A stretch of DNA of 64,000 nt from Minutocellus sp. GHC0000111 (taxonomy: Eukaryota): contig OZ361256.1 of NCBI GenBank assembly GCA_977018835.1, forward strand, positions 4,588,001 through 4,652,000. Direction: 5' to 3'. Shown here piece after piece: positions 10,467 through 21,280 of this stretch. Below the pieces are notes generated by a model. It was not told the origin of the DNA and ran no database searches. It saw nothing but the letters and a program-made list of their open reading frames with translations. Positions within the stretch are counted from its first letter, which is position 1, and each line of letters begins with the position of its first letter. A program made the translations under genes and the position numbers.

Positions 10467-13120
10467 TTAATCAACCTCCTCTACCTCGGGCCCGCCCCCA
10501 TCAACATCTTCACCCTCCCAACCATCTTCCGGAGGGCCATCGTCACCCGCTCCACCAGCGGATCCCTCGTAAGCCTTCTTCATGATGGGGTTGACAACGC
10601 CCTCGACCTCCTTTTGCTTTTCGTCGTACTCCTCCTTCTCGGCGGCAGGCGAATCCTCCATCCAGGTGAGCGCCTCGTCGATTGTCTTCAGTACGCTCTC
10701 CTTGTCATCTTCATCGACATTGGCCATGTCGCTGATGGAATTCTTTGCATTGTACAAATAGCTCTCGAGTCAATTCCGTGCTTCGATCTTTTCCTTCTCC
10801 TTGGCGTCCTGGTCGGCGAATTCTTCTGCCTCGGCGACCATTCGCTCAATCTCCTCCTCGGAGAGACGTCCCTTCTCACTAGTGATGGTAAGCGACTCCG
10901 TCTTGCCGGAAGCCTGGTCGGATGCAGAAATGCTGAGAATACCGTTGGCATCTACATCAAACGAAACCTCAATCTTGGGGACACCACGAAGAGCGGGCGG
11001 AATGCCACCGAGCTCGAACTGACCGAGGAGACGGTTCGACTTGGTCATGGATCGCTCGCCCTCAAAGACCTGGATGTTAACTCCAGGCTGATTGTCAGCG
11101 TAGGTAGAGAACACCTGGCTCTTCTTGACGGGGATGGTGGTGCCTCGCTTGATGATGGGCGTCATGACTCCACCAGCAGTCTCGATACCCAACGAGAGCG
11201 GGGCGACGTCAAGAAGGAGCACATCCTTGGTGGCCTCCGATGCATCACCGGAGAGGATACCACCCTGAACGGCGGCACCATACGCCACAGCTTCATCTGG
11301 GTTGATTTCCTGGTTGAGCTTCTTTCCTCCAAAGTATTCGCTGAGCATCTGCTGGACCTTGGGAATGCGAGTGGAACCACCGACGAGGATGATTTCATCA
11401 ACATCGTCCTTGCTCAAGCCAGCATCCTTGAGTACCTGGGTAACAGGCGTCATTGTCTTCTTCAGGAGATCAATGTTGAGCTCTTCGAATTTAGCGCGGC
11501 TAATGGTGGCGGAAAAGTCCTCGCCGTTGGCAAGAGCCTCGCAGTCAATCATGGCCGAGGTTTGCGTGGAAAGAGTTCGCTTGGCCTGCTCGCACTGCTT
11601 TCGGAGTCTCTGCAGAGCTCGGTTGTCCTTGGAAATGTCAATACCAGACTTGCGCTTGAACTGCGAGATGAAATAGTCCATCATTCGTTGATCAAAGTCT
11701 TCTCCGCCCAAATGAGTGTTTCCACTTGTGGCAAGTACCTCAAATACGCCTGTGGGTAGTATGGATGGAGGAGCAAGTAAATTGTGTGAGAATAACAGAT
11801 AAATATCAGAGCTCATGTATGTTTGCATCTGCTTCAATTGATTGCCACATAACAAAACCAAAATCCAGACGCCATCTGGACTCACCATTGTCGATAGAAA
11901 GCAGCGTCACGTCGAATGTACCGCCGCCAAGATCGAATACCAACATGGTCTCCTTCACGATCCTGCTTATCCAGTCCATACGCAATGGCAGCCGCCGTCG
12001 GTTCGTTGATGACACGTTCAACGGTCAACCCAGCAATGGTTCCTGCATCCTTGGTCGCCTGTCGCTGCGCATCATTGAAGTAAGCCGGCACGGTCACCAC
12101 GGCCCTCTTCACTTCCGTGCCGATAAACTTCTCGGCAGTCTCCTTCATCTTGCGCAGGATCATGCCAGATATCTCCTCGGGGGCAAACTTCTTGTCGGAT
12201 CCCTTGCCATCGACGTCGGTAATTTTCACGGTGGGTTTGCTCTTGGCATCGGCCACCACGTCAAAGGGAAACAACGTCTTGTCCTTCTGGACTGTGGGAT
12301 CCGAAAACTTTCGCCCGATCAATCTCTTGACATCAAACACCGTCCGGGTTGGGTTCTGACTGGCCTGATTCTTGGCCGCATCTCCAATGAGCCGCACACC
12401 GTCCTTCTGGAAGGCCACGTACGAGGGGTGATGCGATTTCCCTGCTCGTTGGGACAGATCTCCACCCGACCGTTGCACCAAACCGCCACGCACGAGTAGG
12501 TGGTTCCCAAATCGATGCCAATGCAGGGCCCATCGTCGGCACCACCACGGAGGCTGCAGAGCGCTGCCAAACTGGAGGTTGATGGTTTGCTGTCGGTCGC
12601 CTCTGAATTGATAGCTTTGGTATTCAGAAGCGGACTGTTGCGTCGGAATGTAACAGGTCTTTTGCTACCGAACCTGGATGTGTTGCGAAGTGAGGTGGGA
12701 TTGGGTAAGTAAATAGGTGAGAATGAGTGATTGTAAGTACATATATCAATTCAATATCGATTTGAATTGAATTGGTGCGTTGCAATTAGCCACATGCGAC
12801 ATGCGACCGAGCAAAAAGGAGCACATCTTGAGCTGCCTTTGCTGGTTTCGGCAAGCTACCAATCAAATCGTACCAAACTTTGGGAAAGTTCTCGAACAGT
12901 GACGCGAACATAACTTGACTTACACTCCCGGTCGGATCGGTGAGGTGGAGGCCTCGACGAGAATGGACGGGCCAGTGCTGGAGGAGGTAGCCGCCGACAG
13001 GACGGTCGTGGCGGCGAGCGCTACGGCTGCCGCCCTGGGAAGGATACCGCTAGCACCAGTGGACCGGCGATGCCGCCCTTGCTGCTGTTCCCGCGAGACA
13101 GAGCATTCGACTGCCGTCAT
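10467..13120 (-). CDS. HSP70: BiP-like Hsp70 with N-terminal presequence and C-terminal EEVD; introns 12674-12923 and 11750-11885; frameshifts near 12428 and 11955; in-frame TGA 10770-10772
   Basis: '[10 protein letters not shown]', 'NEQGNRITP(S)YVAF', '[17 protein letters not shown]', '[11 protein letters not shown]', '[12 protein letters not shown]'; ends GPEVEEVD. Confidence 0.92.
12883..12897. promoter_or_regulatory. Canonical three-unit heat-shock element in Hsp70 intron 1
   Basis: gGAAagTTCtcGAAc matches nGAAnnTTCnnGAAn exactly. Confidence 0.45.
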
Positions 13121-13181
13121 CTTTGATTTGTGGTTAGAATTATGATGGTTGATGGTTGATGGTTGGACTCTGCGATCTTCC

Positions 13182-13225
13182 CCTCATCCACCTCCACGTT
13201 GAACCTCATCCACCTCCACGTTGAA
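13182..13225. repeat. 22-bp exact tandem duplication in the divergent promoter region
   Basis: cctcatccacctccacgttgaa x2. Confidence 0.85.
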
Positions 13226-13383
13226 CACGGCTTCTATCTTGCGAACCCTTGTGGCGACGGACGGACCATCGAACAGCGAACCCCAAACGCACGCGCGGCA
13301 CGAGCGAACTACATCTCGCTCGAAACAGAACCGAAGGATACAATCCAAATAATCGAATCTCCGACAAACCATCGCGCGCGACC

Positions 13384-14121
13384 ATGCTACCAACTCGCGT
13401 ACTGATCAATGCATCTACAAGAATTGGCAGACTTGCCGCAATGACCGCCGCCCATCGCTCGCCCAGCATCATCAGAGGAGCAAGTACAACTTGCATCTGC
13501 CGCATAGCATCAATCCGAACCCTTGACAACTTTCCATCAATATCCACAACGACGAAACGAAAGTACACTCCAAGCCGATTTCAGCGCCTATCTGATAGCG
13601 ACACTGCAAAAAGTGCCGAACCAACTCGTCTGTACAAGGTAATGTCGCCAAATCAGCATACCGGTCAGTCCTACGAATCATCTGGGGCCAGCCCAACAGA
13701 AGCAGTCCATCACGGTGCTGACACCACTGACACAATAATTTCCACCCCATCCTCCGAATACGAAGACTACGACCTGGACAATCTGGAGATGCCCATATCG
13801 GCCACGACATCCATGGATTACGAGGATAACAGTGGATGCGATTCGCTGGACATGGACGACGTCATGTCGGTACGAGAGACACGAAGAGTTTGGGATGCGG
13901 ATCACAACGACGACGCGGTTGCTGAAATTGATGATGATGATGATGATGGTGGTGGTGCAGAATGGTACTCGGATGGGATCGAGGGAGAAGTCAGTGGTAG
14001 TGGAGGATTTGTGGAGATGGAAGAGGATTGGGAGATATTGCACGAACAGGTGAACGCCGACGAAGGAGGGAGTGCTGACGCACAGGCCGAGGAGGACGGC
14101 GACGTCGTCATTGATTGGTGA
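13384..14121 (+). CDS. Hypothetical protein with mitochondrial-presequence-like N-terminus and acidic C-terminus
   Basis: ORF from ATG 13384; R/S/T-rich, acid-free N-terminus 'MLPTRVLINASTRIGRLAAM'. Confidence 0.6.
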   Translation: MLPTRVLINASTRIGRLAAMTAAHRSPSIIRGASTTCICRIASIRTLDNFPSISTTTKRKYTPSRFQRLSDSDTAKSAEPTRLYKVMSPNQHTGQSYESSGASPTEAVHHGADTTDTIISTPSSEYEDYDLDNLEMPISATTSMDYEDNSGCDSLDMDDVMSVRETRRVWDADHNDDAVAEIDDDDDDGGGAEWYSDGIEGEVSGSGGFVEMEEDWEILHEQVNADEGGSADAQAEEDGDVVIDW

Positions 14122-14419
14122 AGCTGCAATACTCTAAGAGCTGGTCATTTACTGTAGATCCGGCCTTAGAAACAGAAAGATTTGTTGTGAAAGAGGAGGT
14201 GCGAAGATGGGGCGATGGGATGGAGTTGATTGATGTAGGCAGATCAGCTGAGCTGACTTTGAGGTAGATCGACATCCGTTGACCAACACCGTGTTGCCTT
14301 CCACGATTCTTCGCATCGTTGCTCACTGGTACGTAGTTCACCTGTGATCCTTTGGCGTCGCGTTTTTACATTGATGTAGCTAGTTGAAGTCTAAACCCAG
14401 TATAGCTAGAAATCAAAAC

Positions 14420-15979
14420 ATGGCCCGCAATCCTTTTATTTTGCTCATATGTTGGGTTCTTTTTGCAGCTCAAGCCCACATCGGCGAGGCCCTGCAGTCA
14501 CAATTCCATCTGGCTTCTTTGGGCTTTCGTTCCTCGTCTCGTTCCGTGCCGCGGACCCACCCAGTCAACAGCCGAAGTTATACCGCATTAGACACGAGCC
14601 TGCGTCAGCACAATGGACAATCTACTAGAAGAAGCAAAACGAACACCATCCCGCCGTTTGAGGGTCGCCTTATGCCACTTCAAAAGAAAATTAAAACCAT
14701 TACTTCCGAGCTCGATCCTCCGATTCCGGCCCTTCAAGACAAAGGCATTCGCTTTGAAGATCGGTTGAATGTGAGGTTCATCGTCGGTGAAATGCTATAT
14801 GGTGCATGGTACCAGTGCAGACTCCTGCCCTTACACATATTTGGAGCAATGACTACAAACGCAATCCAGGCTATCTTTGCGCTGTCGACCACCGGAAGTG
14901 CGATTGTCCCCCTCGTCACCCCGTCAAAAGCCGAGGTGACGCTTTTGGCGTGTCCTTTCATTTCATTAGTCAAAAGATACAGAATGCGATAGCGGGTCCG
15001 ATTTCAGCAGCGTCGAAAGGGGCGCTATCGATGCTGGCAATACCTTCTGACCCTACTTCGTTCCAACAACGAATAGTAGATCCTATTCTTGTCGCACCAA
15101 TCTCAGAAGAAATTGCCTTTCGGGGCATTTGTCAAAAGCTCGCGCAAACAATCTTCTTTATTAGGCTTCACGTCCGCGCAATGATTGCTCGCCACCTTAG
15201 CATTCGGTTTGTTATTGCCAGTGAGGTAGCAGCTTACCTAACATGCATTTTTCATACATGGGCAGGGATTGCGAATAAACGACCAAGTATTGGGGGCGTC
15301 TGGTTTGAGCACCTCTTTCCAATCGTTGAGATATCTCTACTTCTCCCCCCACTCGTATCAATAATAGACTTTCTTAGACGCAAAGAATCCTCCAAGAATT
15401 GGAAAAATGAAAGGGTAAGGCCTTGTAGTCTGATCGAAGCGTATGATTGGAATGAAGAGGACATGTATGGACAACCTTGCTCTCGACTTCGAATTGCTCG
15501 AACGGTAGACAAGTATCGGCGCAGCAAAGATGAAAGGCATTTCCTGTATTACAACTATCAAAGCGTCGCGGATAACTCTGCAAAGAGATATTCTCGTTGG
15601 GTTGGCGCGTCGCTTTTTGCTTCCGCACATGCATTAGGAGGGACGTACTGCCACAATAAGCTTCTTGGTACACTCGCGTCGTCCTTGCTAGTAGAGAGCC
15701 GGCTCTACGCAAATCGCGGCATTGTTTCATCTATCGGAGCGCATATGATGTATAACTTTCTTGTTTTCTTGGTGCCCATGGGATCACTCCCGAACAAGGC
15801 GCTTTACGAAAACCCAAAAGATATGGCCACTCACAATTGTGGCGTATCCCTTATACTGTATAGCTACCCTGATAATTGGCAATGGTATCAGGTGGGCGGA
15901 AGGGAGAGTCAGGGGCTACAACGTAGATACGGAGTCTGTGTATGTCGAGCGAGAGCCAGGCACCTCAAATAAGTCTTAA
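14420..15979 (+). CDS. CPBP/Abi (CAAX type II) intramembrane protease-like protein; frame breaks near 14.8-14.95 kb and possibly 15.8 kb
   Basis: Signal peptide 'MARNPFILLICWVLFAAQAHIGEA'; motifs 'VAPISEEIAFRG', 'LFASAH', 'AHMMYN'. Confidence 0.7.
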
Positions 15980-16095
15980 ATGCTACGTGCGCCATCTTGT
16001 TGGTAGCATGTCTTCTCTGCGTCCAAATAACAAATCAAATTGTATAGAAATTATTTCTAATTGATAGTTTGGTCTACAACGGTATTATGATCTTA

Positions 16096-19000
16096 CTACC
16101 TGCCCAACAGAATCTTAAAGTCGTCTAGGGTCGGCTTGCTGCCGGAAGAAGCATCAGAGCCATCGGTATTGGCGTCAAGAATGTTGTTGGCCATACTCTT
16201 CTTCGTTTGTTGAAGCCGTACAATCTTCTCCTCAACGCTATCGGTGACGACAAATTTTCTGACACGGACGATGGGGGCTTTTTGGCCAATGCGATGAATT
16301 CGATTGATGCATTGATCCTCGGTCGCGAAATTCCACCACGGATCAAGGATGAAGACACTTGAAGCCGCTACAAGATTAATGCCGACGCCTCCGGCCTTCA
16401 TCGAGGCAAGAAAAACCGACCCTCGAACGATTTCCTCCTCTTGGGTATCGCCAGTACAGCGTGTTGAAGTACTCTTGGCTTTATTGAATCGATCGAGAGC
16501 TTCGACACGTTCCTCTAAACTCATTTGTCCATCAAGGCGAAAGACCGGGATGCCCTCTTTGCGCAGAGAGATTCCGAGGATGTCCAGAAAGCCAAGGTAC
16601 TGAGAAAATATCAACACCTTTGGGCCCTTGTCAAGCCTCCAGATCGCATCCAATTCTCGCTTCACGGCCACAAGCTTGGAGCTTTCTCCACCACTTAGCG
16701 AAGCGAGTAACGTCTCGCGAGCAGACATTGCTGTGGGATCCATATTCATATTCAGAGACTCAGCACCCTCGGGCATCGGGATGTCGCCAACGAATTGAGA
16801 AGTGACATCGCCTGTTTCCTCAGATTTGGAGAACGAAACTATACGAGATGCCTCTACATGGGCACTACAAACGGGACAAGGTCCATCTTTCAGACTCAAC
16901 GCATTTTGGCATTGAGGTGTGGAAGTTTCCCCTCGCTTACTGGTATTTGCACTCTGCTTCAGGACTGGCCGAAGGCAGTCTAAGCACATCGTGTGGGCAC
17001 AGGGGGTAAGGACAGCCGACGATATATCTGGACAATCGAGACACAACGGGCATTCTTCTTTGATTTTGCCACCATCATCAACAGACTCGGTAAGAGACTG
17101 CACTACTTGGGAAATAAAGGCCGAGCTTGGTTCACCGGTCTCAGTAGCCTTACCTGACGATTTCGAGGGTGAGGAAGGGGCTGGCTGTTGGTTTCCGTTG
17201 GATTTGTCCGTCTGCTTTGCAAACATTTGCAGCAGATTCGAGAGGAACTTTTTGTTTATGGCAGTATCGTCCGAGGTAGAGTCTTCTTGATCATCTGAAG
17301 TTTCTGAGGCCGAAGCTGCCGATCCCGAATCTGTAAATCTCGGCTTGACAGTGAGAGCCACGTGATCGCATGATTGCCGAAGCCGTTGGAGGAGGCTAAA
17401 GATAGCAAGCCAAGATTTCGACGCAGTGCCGGCCTTCAGGAGGCCTTCAAACACATGCTGCGACTTGTCGAGGAGGGCAGTGTAGAACTCACGCTCTGGC
17501 TCGGTGAGATGAACAGAAACGACGCTAGAATCGATTGGAGGCAGCGTCAGGATGGGCTTGCCGTCGGCTCCGATCGTCTCTTTGGTTCGCCGAAGTATCA
17601 ATGGGTGCAAAATGCGACGGACGCGGTCCATGGCGAGCGACATACCATGTTGTTCGGACGTAGATACAGCTATGCCAGGGCCTGTGCCGTCGGAAGTAGG
17701 CTCGGTTGTTGTGATGGCTGTCTTCCACCAGGGCTCGTGTCTGAGGAACTTCATCAAACCAAATACATCCTGAAGAGAATTCTGTATGGGCGTGCCCGTT
17801 ACTGCCCACCTCTTCGCTGCGATGATAGAATAGCAGCTCTTGGACACGGCGGTGCTCGGATTCTTGATTTGGTGAGCCTCATCGACAATCACGCGCTCCC
17901 ATTGATGAGAAAGGAGCGTCGTTGGCTTGACTCCCTTTGGCGATGACGAGGTAGATTGAAGGTATTCTGTCTGTAGCGTCCCATAAGTGGTCAGAACAAC
18001 ATCAACTCCACGAAAAGACCTAGAAGTCGCATTGCCTCTAGTGTTGCCGTAGTACACAAGACAAGATAGATCAGTTTTGGTCGATATTTCTTCCTCCCAT
18101 TGAAGGACGAGAGATAGCGGGGCTACGACAAGCGTTGTATGAACCCCAGAATCAGCACTTCTCGCCTCAAGGGATGTTGTCTTTCGTCGGCTGTGGGAGG
18201 TCGGTTTGTAATCCTCGTCGTCTGCATCATCATTATCGCTCTCGTCGTCAGATGAAATAATGTCGATAGTCTCAATGGGCCCGTCGCTCTGTTCATCCCG
18301 AGAGGTATCGGTTGGTTTACGCTTGATAGTTTGTTCAGTAGACGGCGCTATTCCAATTCTCTTTTCTTTCGACTTCATGATGAGACTCAAGAGCATTACG
18401 GTCTTGCCCAGACCCTATAAACACAATGCAAAATTAGTGAATAGAAAGCGATTAGAGGATAGAGCATGTAAGCAAAGAAAGTATAATAATGAAACGAGAC
18501 ATAGCTGAACGAAACTGTACATAGGCCACTTGTATCACTCACCATACTATCGGCCAATATGCCACCAATACACTGCCGAGGAGGATTTGGTGGTCGAGAG
18601 GTCGCAACGCCAAGCACTTCGTTGACATAAAAACATACCGCAGAATTGAAGCCGTCGGTAGTCAGGAAGCGGCGTTGCCATAATGGATGCATCACAGGGT
18701 CAATATCCCCGTGGATCGTTACGGACTTGCTTGCCATTTCTTCTGAAACCAAGACGGGACCACAGTCACAAGTGATACCTTTGGATCCTCCCAACTTGGG
18801 CGATGGTGCCAAGCCTCCTGCCGCGGCAGCCGTGCCCGAAGTTGAAGCTAGCTCAGCTAGCAATTCCATTTCCTTTGTCAGATCATTTCGATCCGGCGAA
18901 TCATCTTCTCTACGAAGCATCCAGTGCAGTGCCTGTCGCTGGTATGGGCGAAGAGTAATATCTGACCGAAGTCCCTCCGGATCACTCTCTTCTGGTAGTT

Positions 19001-20270
19001 GTGCACCCACCTTCATTGATCTTGACGGCGATAATGGGCCCGTCTGTGAACCACCGGCACCGACACTGTCAATAATCGAGTTGGCCCAATCCGGAGCATT
19101 CTCCTCCTCGTCTGGCTGAGAGAATTGTTCCTCGTCAACAGAAGTAGCACCCTGGCAATCGTTGTCGTTGCCATCAACGTCATCACTGCTACTTCCGCTG
19201 TCACCGTCTTCTTTGTAAGAATCGCCACTCAAATCAAGTGTGTTGTTCGCTGGTATAAAGCTCGGAACATTACCATATTGGGCCCACTGCAACAAGCGAA
19301 AGGCTGCCGTAGCCAACGGAGGCATCTGCTTCTTCTTGCTAGATATCTTCTTAGATAACCAATCATTTCCACCGGCCCTTGTATCTGCAGCCGGTGTAGC
19401 CGTGGAAAACAAATCAAAGAATTGGACGGGTTGATCAATGTGCACCGATAATGAAAGAGGTACCTCGCTTCCTATGACCAAACCAGTATCCTCCATCAAT
19501 GCCTCCGCCGATATTGATATCAGATTGGTTGGATGCTTGGAACCATCGCAAACATGTCGAAGTAGCGGCGTTAGCATACTGCTCTCATCTTGTGGCAGTG
19601 TTCCCTCCACGTTGCTACCGCGGAATCGAACAATGGGCGGTCCACTGGACGATGCCGTTAGATGAAACTTCTCGCCATGTCGAACCCGACCATTCCTTGA
19701 GGTTGACAGGCCCACCATCCATCGGCGGCAGAGAAGGAGATGCTGCTGAGCGGGCGATGACTTGCCGGTGGAACTTTTGCTGGTTAATGATGCTGACGCT
19801 TTTGCAGCAGATTTGTCACTGTTTCCACTACTGTTGCCACTGATTCGCCGCCTCTTTGACGAATCAGGTGGGGAAGGCGTGACTTTCCTCCTTCCAGCAC
19901 TACCACCAGTCGAGGTACCTGAAACCGAGGGTGGCTTCGACGATGCAGATGCAGATGCAGAGGATGGTGCCGAAGATGCCTCAAATGTAAAAACTCCACC
20001 GCCATTGGTCGGGCTGTCCTCCGATTTCCATTGGCCGGTCAACAATTGTTCGGCAGCCGCCTCGACATTCAGGCCCGATCGACGAAGGCACGCCGACAGG
20101 TCTCGCTCGGAGTACTGATGACCAACACCACAACCGGTGATGAATTCTCTCAAGAGAGTAAGTTTGGACAAGAAATCGCCCGAGGAAGATGAGGAAGCAG
20201 CGGCAAAGGTCGGCGATGGTGCCTTGCGGCTTCCGCCACTTTTGCTCTTCTTCTTGACTCTCTTCGGCAT
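16096..20270 (-). CDS. RAD5: RAD5-like SNF2 DNA translocase / RING ubiquitin ligase; intron 18415-18542
   Basis: CUE/UBA-like and HIRAN-like N-terminus; 'LRPYQRQALHWM'; spliced 'GGILADSM|GLGKT'; DEAH; 'TGTPIQN'; RING 'CPLC..PCAHTMCLDC..CPVC'; helicase-C 'DPWWN..EDQCINRIHRIGQ'. Confidence 0.92.
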
Positions 20271-20308
20271 ATTATTCAGGCACCCGGCAACCCTCGGGCG
20301 GCCAAAAG

Positions 20309-20802
20309 TTTATCAATAACTCAATAATTCCCAGGAATTATGGAGTCAGAACACAATGGCTTTGTTCCTTGGTGGCAACGAGTGGCGTTTGTTAAGAAAA
20401 ACGCCGCAAGTTCCAGATAAATCACACCGCTTTCAACAGTTGTTCCTGTTGTCTGTTCTGGCACAAAAATTCAAATTAATGAACGCTGGAACGGTACAGC
20501 TTTATCGATATCTCGACAACTCCGGCGAATCGGCCAACCCGAGCACAGCACCACTATCTCTTTGTACTATTTGAGGATGCTTGTAAACAAAAAGTGCCGT
20601 AAGTTTTTGGTATCGTCTCGGCAGACTGGCTCGATCCGACCTTGCAGCTGGCGGTCCCGCGCAAAATTCAAAAATGAGCGGTGGGGAGGGCGCGCAAGAA
20701 TTTATCGATATCTCGATATTTCTGATGAATTGGCCGGCCGTACCAAAGTAGAGCCGTCCTCCGATGGCGGATGATGCCGTTTGTAACAAAAAGTACCGTA
20801 AG
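20309..20802. repeat. Three diverged ~192-200-bp tandem units in the RAD5/ClpB bidirectional promoter
   Basis: tttatc(g/a)ata(t/a)ctc(g/a)a at 20309/20501/20701 and ttgt.a..aaaa..ccg.aag at 20389/20581/20781. Confidence 0.7.
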
Positions 20803-21129
20803 CTGCTAATGTTTCGTGGACAATACGCCTGGCTGGACCATGGCCGAGATAATGAGGTGGCCGAGCGAGAGGGCGACGAGGGCGAGAGGCGAGCGAGGCG
20901 AGAGGGCGCGGCGCGCGAGGTTGGCGGACTTTTGCAAGCCGGCCGGCCTTCGTCTTATGACTCGATCGACTATATTAGAATAAGGCTCCGCTTCGATCGT
21001 TCTCGGGAGGTGATGAATTTCTTCGAAATTCTTTTTTGTGCACGTCCCGCCATCGCATGCTTGCTCGCCGCTGCTGCTGCTGCCGCCTCTTCTACCGGTA
21101 GCATTTTCACTTCAAAACCCTCAGCTCAC

Positions 21130-21278
21130 AACTCAACTCGACAACACAATCGATACACCCATATTCGACCAAACCAACCCCATTTATCCATATTACACAA
21201 GAACTCAACTCGACAAAACAATCGATACACCCATAATAAATTCAACCAAACCAACCCCATTTATCCATATCACCAAGA
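21130..21278. repeat. ~72-bp tandem duplication just upstream of the ClpB ATG
   Basis: aactcaactcgacaa.acaatcgatacacccata..accaaaccaaccccatttatccatat at 21130 and 21202. Confidence 0.85.
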
Positions 21279-21280
21279 AA

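Noticed and set aside
10428..11759. Long antisense ORF (443 aa) opposite Hsp70, and similar ones opposite the HEAT, FMO and RGG genes
   Set aside because: Expected consequence of GC3-rich codon bias; no independent domain signal.
21016..21032. gaatttc-ttc-gaaattc palindrome upstream of ClpB as a heat-shock element
   Set aside because: GAA/TTC units are out of the canonical 5-bp register.
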